Source: Candidatus Nanobsidianus stetteri
Lineage (GTDB): Archaea > Nanobdellota > Nanobdellia > Nanobdellales > Nanobdellaceae
Assembly (NCBI RefSeq): GCF_003086415.1
Contig: NZ_QEFP02000019.1
Coordinates: 1-27,945 of the forward strand
DNA length: 27,945 nt
Direction: 5' to 3'
Of this stretch, positions 24,823 to 27,945 are shown piece after piece. The position numbers were made by a program, and so were the translations under genes. The notes under the pieces are model-generated. The model was given only the letters and a program-made list of their open reading frames with translations. It was not told the origin of the DNA and searched no databases. The number at the start of each line of letters is the position of its first letter. Position 1 is the first letter of the stretch.

Positions 24823-26175
24823 ATGAGTGAATTTATGATGAAGACAGTATTTATAAAAGATATTTTGAAAGACGATTTTTTAGGTAAGGAGGTTAGTATA
24901 AAGGGGTGGGTTTATAGAATGAGGGATATGAAGGATAAAGTTTTCTTTGTAATAAGAGATTCTACAGGAATAATACAAGCAGTTGTAAAAAAAGAGAGTG
25001 TTGATCAAAAAACATGGGAAGATGCAACAAAGTTCCAAATTGAAGGTTCTTTAGAAGTAAAGGGAATATTAAGAAAGGATGAAAGGGCACCTGGTGGATA
25101 TGAAATAGAAGTAAAGGAAATAAAAGTATATGATTATGGAAAACCATTCCCATTAAAGGGAGATGAGGATGTAGATACAATACAAAAGTATAGACATCTA
25201 TGGATAAGAACTAGGTGGTTTACAGATGTATTGAAAATAAAGCATAGTTTAATTGTAAATCTTAGAGAATGGTTTATAAAGGATGGATGGTATGAAGTAA
25301 CACCAGCAATATTAGTCGGAAACGCTGCAGAAAATACTACAACATTGTTTGAAGTAAAATATTTTGAGGATAAGGCATATTTATCTCAATCTGCTCAACT
25401 ATATTTGGAAGCATTAATATTCTCATTAGAAAAAGTTTATTCATTAACTCCATCATTTAGAGCAGAATTATCTAGAACAAAAAGACATTTACATGAATAT
25501 TGGCATTTTGAAATTGAGGCTGCATGGTATCATATGGAGGATATTATTAAGGTTATGGAAGAATCAGTAAAATATTCAATCGAAAAAACAATTGAGGAAA
25601 GAAAATCTGAATTTGAGGAATTAAAAAGTGTTACTGGAAGAGATATAAGTGAATTAAAACAATTTGTTGAAAAACCATGGAAAATTATTACATATAAAGA
25701 TGCAATAAAGAAATTGCAAGATCTAGGTGTCAATATAAAATATGGAGATGATTTTGGAGCTGATGAAGAAAGATTATTAACAGAACAATTTGATGTACCA
25801 GTATTTGTTACATATTATCCAAGAGAAGTAAAAGCATTCTATATGTATGAAGTTGGAGATGGAACTGTAAAGAACTTTGACTTACTTGCTCCAGAAGGAT
25901 ATGGAGAAATAATTGGAGGATCTGAGAGGGAATGGAGGTATGATATACTACATAAGAAAATTGAAGAATGGGGATTAGATAAATTTAAAGTTAAAGTTGG
26001 AAATGAAGAAATTAGTGCATATGAATGGTATGAAGATTTAAGAAAATATGGATCTGTTCCACATTCAGGAATGGGATTGGGTATTGAAAGATTCTTAAGA
26101 TGGGTATGTAAATTAGATCACATTAGAGATACACAACCATTCCCAAGATTGAGAGGTGCCTGGCTATATCCATAG
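24823..26175 (+). CDS. asnS: Asparaginyl-tRNA synthetase (class IIb)
   Basis: Has an N-terminal OB fold ('VSIKGWVYRMRD'). Motif 2 is 'TPSFRAELSRTKRHLHEYWHFEIEAAW', the AsnRS-type EFW..E.E pattern rather than the AspRS type. Motif 3 is 'GMGLGIERFLRW' with a C-terminal 'PFPR'. Confidence 0.9.
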   Translation: MSEFMMKTVFIKDILKDDFLGKEVSIKGWVYRMRDMKDKVFFVIRDSTGIIQAVVKKESVDQKTWEDATKFQIEGSLEVKGILRKDERAPGGYEIEVKEIKVYDYGKPFPLKGDEDVDTIQKYRHLWIRTRWFTDVLKIKHSLIVNLREWFIKDGWYEVTPAILVGNAAENTTTLFEVKYFEDKAYLSQSAQLYLEALIFSLEKVYSLTPSFRAELSRTKRHLHEYWHFEIEAAWYHMEDIIKVMEESVKYSIEKTIEERKSEFEELKSVTGRDISELKQFVEKPWKIITYKDAIKKLQDLGVNIKYGDDFGADEERLLTEQFDVPVFVTYYPREVKAFYMYEVGDGTVKNFDLLAPEGYGEIIGGSEREWRYDILHKKIEEWGLDKFKVKVGNEEISAYEWYEDLRKYGSVPHSGMGLGIERFLRWVCKLDHIRDTQPFPRLRGAWLYP

Positions 26176-26179
26176 TTTT

Positions 26180-26610
26180 TTATCTATATATTGTTTTTAT
26201 TCCTAAGAAATTTAATATTAATTCTTTATGATTTTTTATAAAACTTTCAGCACGTCTTAGTATATCTCTATAAGCTTCTTCATGGTAACTTATCCCCCAA
26301 ACGATAATTATATTTGTATTATTAACTATGGAAAATATAATCCTTATACTTTTATTTACTCTATCGGAAAATAATGGGATTGATAAATTTCCAATTTTTA
26401 TTTCTCCTTTTAATTTTTCTATTTCTCCTCTAAGTTCTTTAAGAGATTCTAACCTATCAAAAATTATTTTATATTGTCTATTTAAATCTTTTTAAGATCC
26501 TTTATCCATTTTTCAAAAAATTTTATATTATTTTTAACTCTTTCATAATCTATTAAATCATTGTCATCTAATATAAAAATCCTATATGTTCTATGAAGTA
26601 ATATTGACAT
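26180..26610 (-). pseudogene. Frameshifted gene with a RelE/ParE-like toxin C-terminal core and a long helical N-terminal extension (absent from the ORF track)
   Basis: The ATG at 26610 opens a 42-codon frame (MSILLHRTYRIFILDDNDLIDYERVKNNIKFFEKWIKDLKKI*). A second frame with no start codon runs from 26491 to the TAA at 26182-26180. It encodes DLNRQYKIIFDRLESLKELRGEIEKLKGEIKIGNLSIPLFSDRVNKSIRIIFSIVNNTNIIIVWGISYHEEAYRDILRRAESFIKNHKELILNFLGIKTIYR. The frames join at an A5 run (26489-26493 on the + strand as T5). 'IRIIFSI......IIIVWGISYHEEAY' fits the RelE/ParE beta-sheet pattern. Confidence 0.4.
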
Positions 26611-26690
26611 AATAAAAAAGAGTTTTTATGTAATTATGAATTTTTAGATATTATAAAAATTTATAAGTATTTTTATAATAGTTATCATTT

Positions 26691-27329
26691 ATGAGAGATA
26701 AAAGAATTCAATCCCAGACATTAGATGAGATGCTTCTGGAACTGGTTAGTGAAATAGCTGAATATTCGTTTGCTTTAGGTGATTGGGGAAAATATTTATG
26801 GACATCGATATATTTAAGAGATAAAGGGTATATTGCAACGAGCTTTGGTGTTAAACCATCGGAAATAGAAAGATATGAGAGTCAAGAGATTTGTACTTCA
26901 TGTTTTGAAAATATATATATTAGTAGTTATTATTATCTAAAAGATAATTACTATATTAAATTTTTTAATTCTAGTATAGAAAAGTTAATGGGAAATATGC
27001 GGGGAGTGAAAAATATAAGGGACATAGAAAATCTAGCTATTGATATACATAATAAAGTTGTAGACTCACATTTAGATTCATCAAAGAAGTATAATAAAAT
27101 ATCAATATACTTTGAAAGAAAAGTGCCAGACGATGAAATAATATTTGAAGAAATTGAAAGAAGTATTATTGTTAGACAGTTTATTAATGATAGGTTTAAA
27201 TTTCCAAATCCACCAGTTTTCATGTTCACTGCTTTAAAAGAAGATAAAGAAGATACAGACGGTGATAAAATTGAACTATCATACCCAAATTATTATAGAT
27301 TTATTTTGGTGGTTTATGAAGGAGGGTGA
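26691..27329 (+). CDS. Hypothetical protein (212 aa)
   Basis: This is an ORF with a TATA-like TTTATAAG centred 27.5 nt upstream of the ATG. No motif was recognised. Confidence 0.5.
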   Translation: MRDKRIQSQTLDEMLLELVSEIAEYSFALGDWGKYLWTSIYLRDKGYIATSFGVKPSEIERYESQEICTSCFENIYISSYYYLKDNYYIKFFNSSIEKLMGNMRGVKNIRDIENLAIDIHNKVVDSHLDSSKKYNKISIYFERKVPDDEIIFEEIERSIIVRQFINDRFKFPNPPVFMFTALKEDKEDTDGDKIELSYPNYYRFILVVYEGG

Positions 27330-27415
27330 AAAAAGATAGGAATAATGATATAATGGATTTACTATATTCAAGTTATTATATATTTTTTAAGGTTTATTAA
27401 TTATCAAAAATTTCA

Positions 27416-27945
27416 CTAAATTTTTTCTAAATTTTCCTTAAATTCCTTTGCAGTTTCTTCGGGTATTGATGAAACAACATATTCTAAATGTAAAATTTCC
27501 ATATAACCAATATCAAATAAAGGTCTTTGAGCTATTCTAATAATTGGATATGATCTTGATTCTCTTAATAATGTTGTATCAAATATAACTAAATTAAAGT
27601 TCTCATACAATTTTTCATATGTAACCAAAATATTATATAGATTTTTAATAAATTCTTCAAATTTATTCTGAGATAAGAAAAATATACCAAATGTATCAAC
27701 ATATCCAATTAATTCATTATTCCTAAATGGAGCAAATGATGACCATAATTTGAGTATATTATCTAATATTATTCTCTCGTTTAATTGTTTTTCAAAATTA
27801 AAATAATCTTCTATAAAGAATTTTTTATATTTATCAAAATATTTGTTGGATTTATCTAGATAAATTCTAAAATAATTTGTTGGCTCTTTTTCAATTAATA
27901 TTTGAATATGTAGATGTTCTTGTGATGCACCAGCAGAAAACCCCT
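27416..27945 (-). CDS. HIT-superfamily nucleotidyltransferase/phosphorylase of the GalT/Apa branch (H-x-H-x-Q), 5'-truncated by the window edge
   Basis: The minus-strand frame is open from 27945 through the tracked TTG at 27628. The translation begins GFSAGASQEHLHIQILIEKEP..., matching the 'G..(A/S)G.SQ.H.H.Q(I/V)' active-site motif of GalT/Ap4A-phosphorylase-type HIT enzymes. Confidence 0.5.
   Translation of the reverse strand, partial: GFSAGASQEHLHIQILIEKEPTNYFRIYLDKSNKYFDKYKKFFIEDYFNFEKQLNERIILDNILKLWSSFAPFRNNELIGYVDTFGIFFLSQNKFEEFIKNLYNILVTYEKLYENFNLVIFDTTLLRESRSYPIIRIAQRPLFDIGYMEILHLEYVVSSIPEETAKEFKENLEKI

Noticed and set aside
24836-24842. C-box-like ATGATGA strings (also near 19406 and 27735) as possible C/D-box sRNAs
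   Set aside because: All lie inside well-supported CDSs. None has a matching CTGA D box or a C'/D' pair at the expected 50-60 nt spacing.
24962-25733. Minus-strand ORFs 24962-25180 and 25530-25733 inside asnS
   Set aside because: They are antisense to a CDS that carries all class II synthetase motifs.
26951-27229. 92-aa minus-strand ORF inside ORF 26691-27329
   Set aside because: It is shorter than, and fully nested in, the plus-strand ORF, which has a correctly spaced promoter-like element. The choice of strand here is less certain than elsewhere.
1-27945. CRISPR arrays, rRNA genes, IS elements or transposases, integrases, inteins, split-tRNA halves
   Set aside because: I found no regularly spaced direct repeats, no further GC-rich islands besides the tRNA and the histone/S-layer genes, no terminal inverted repeats and no recombinase-like ORFs when reading both strands.

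Overview
This is a very AT-rich (roughly one quarter G+C by eye, not computed), extremely compact archaeal chromosome segment. It holds about 33 protein genes, one tRNA, no rRNA and no CRISPR array, and many 4-20 nt start/stop overlaps.

Archaeal identity rests on an HMf-type histone, exosome subunit Rrp42, RNA polymerase subunit RpoK, a type-2 MetAP, an Lrp/AsnC regulator and an S-layer protein. The single tRNA has GC-rich, fully Watson-Crick stems in this AT-rich background, which suggests a thermophile. A stand-alone C-terminal half of an Lhr helicase, rrp42 separated from rrp4/rrp41 and the tiny intergenic spacers resemble reduced DPANN/Nanoarchaeota-type genomes. That placement is inference, not proven.

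Gene content by theme:
- Cell surface: a partial giant Asn-rich beta-helix surface protein, a 990-aa S-layer protein, and two tandem paralogous membrane proteins.
- Oxidative stress and repair: SOD, Bcp, Prx, Ogt and Lrp.
- Glycan synthesis: a processive-type GT2 with QxxRW, a GT-C enzyme, and a frameshifted membrane thioredoxin-like gene.
- Housekeeping: DUF72, TruA, MetAP, a TtuA/NcsA-type tRNA thiolase, YbaK, acylphosphatase and AsnRS.

No recognisable known defence system is present. The best candidates for something undescribed are:
- A recurring promoter architecture: a TATA-like element about 26 nt upstream of nearly every start codon (leaderless mRNAs). Three divergent gene pairs, 51-53 nt apart, each share one central TATA element.
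- A sod-linked two-gene module: an unknown protein plus a PD-(D/E)xK nuclease-like protein.
- Tandem membrane paralogs next to the S-layer gene, with a mosaic of exactly identical DNA blocks in otherwise diverged genes.
- A frameshifted RelE/ParE-like gene that the ORF track missed.
- The split Lhr gene.

All functional calls come from motifs read by eye. No database search was run.
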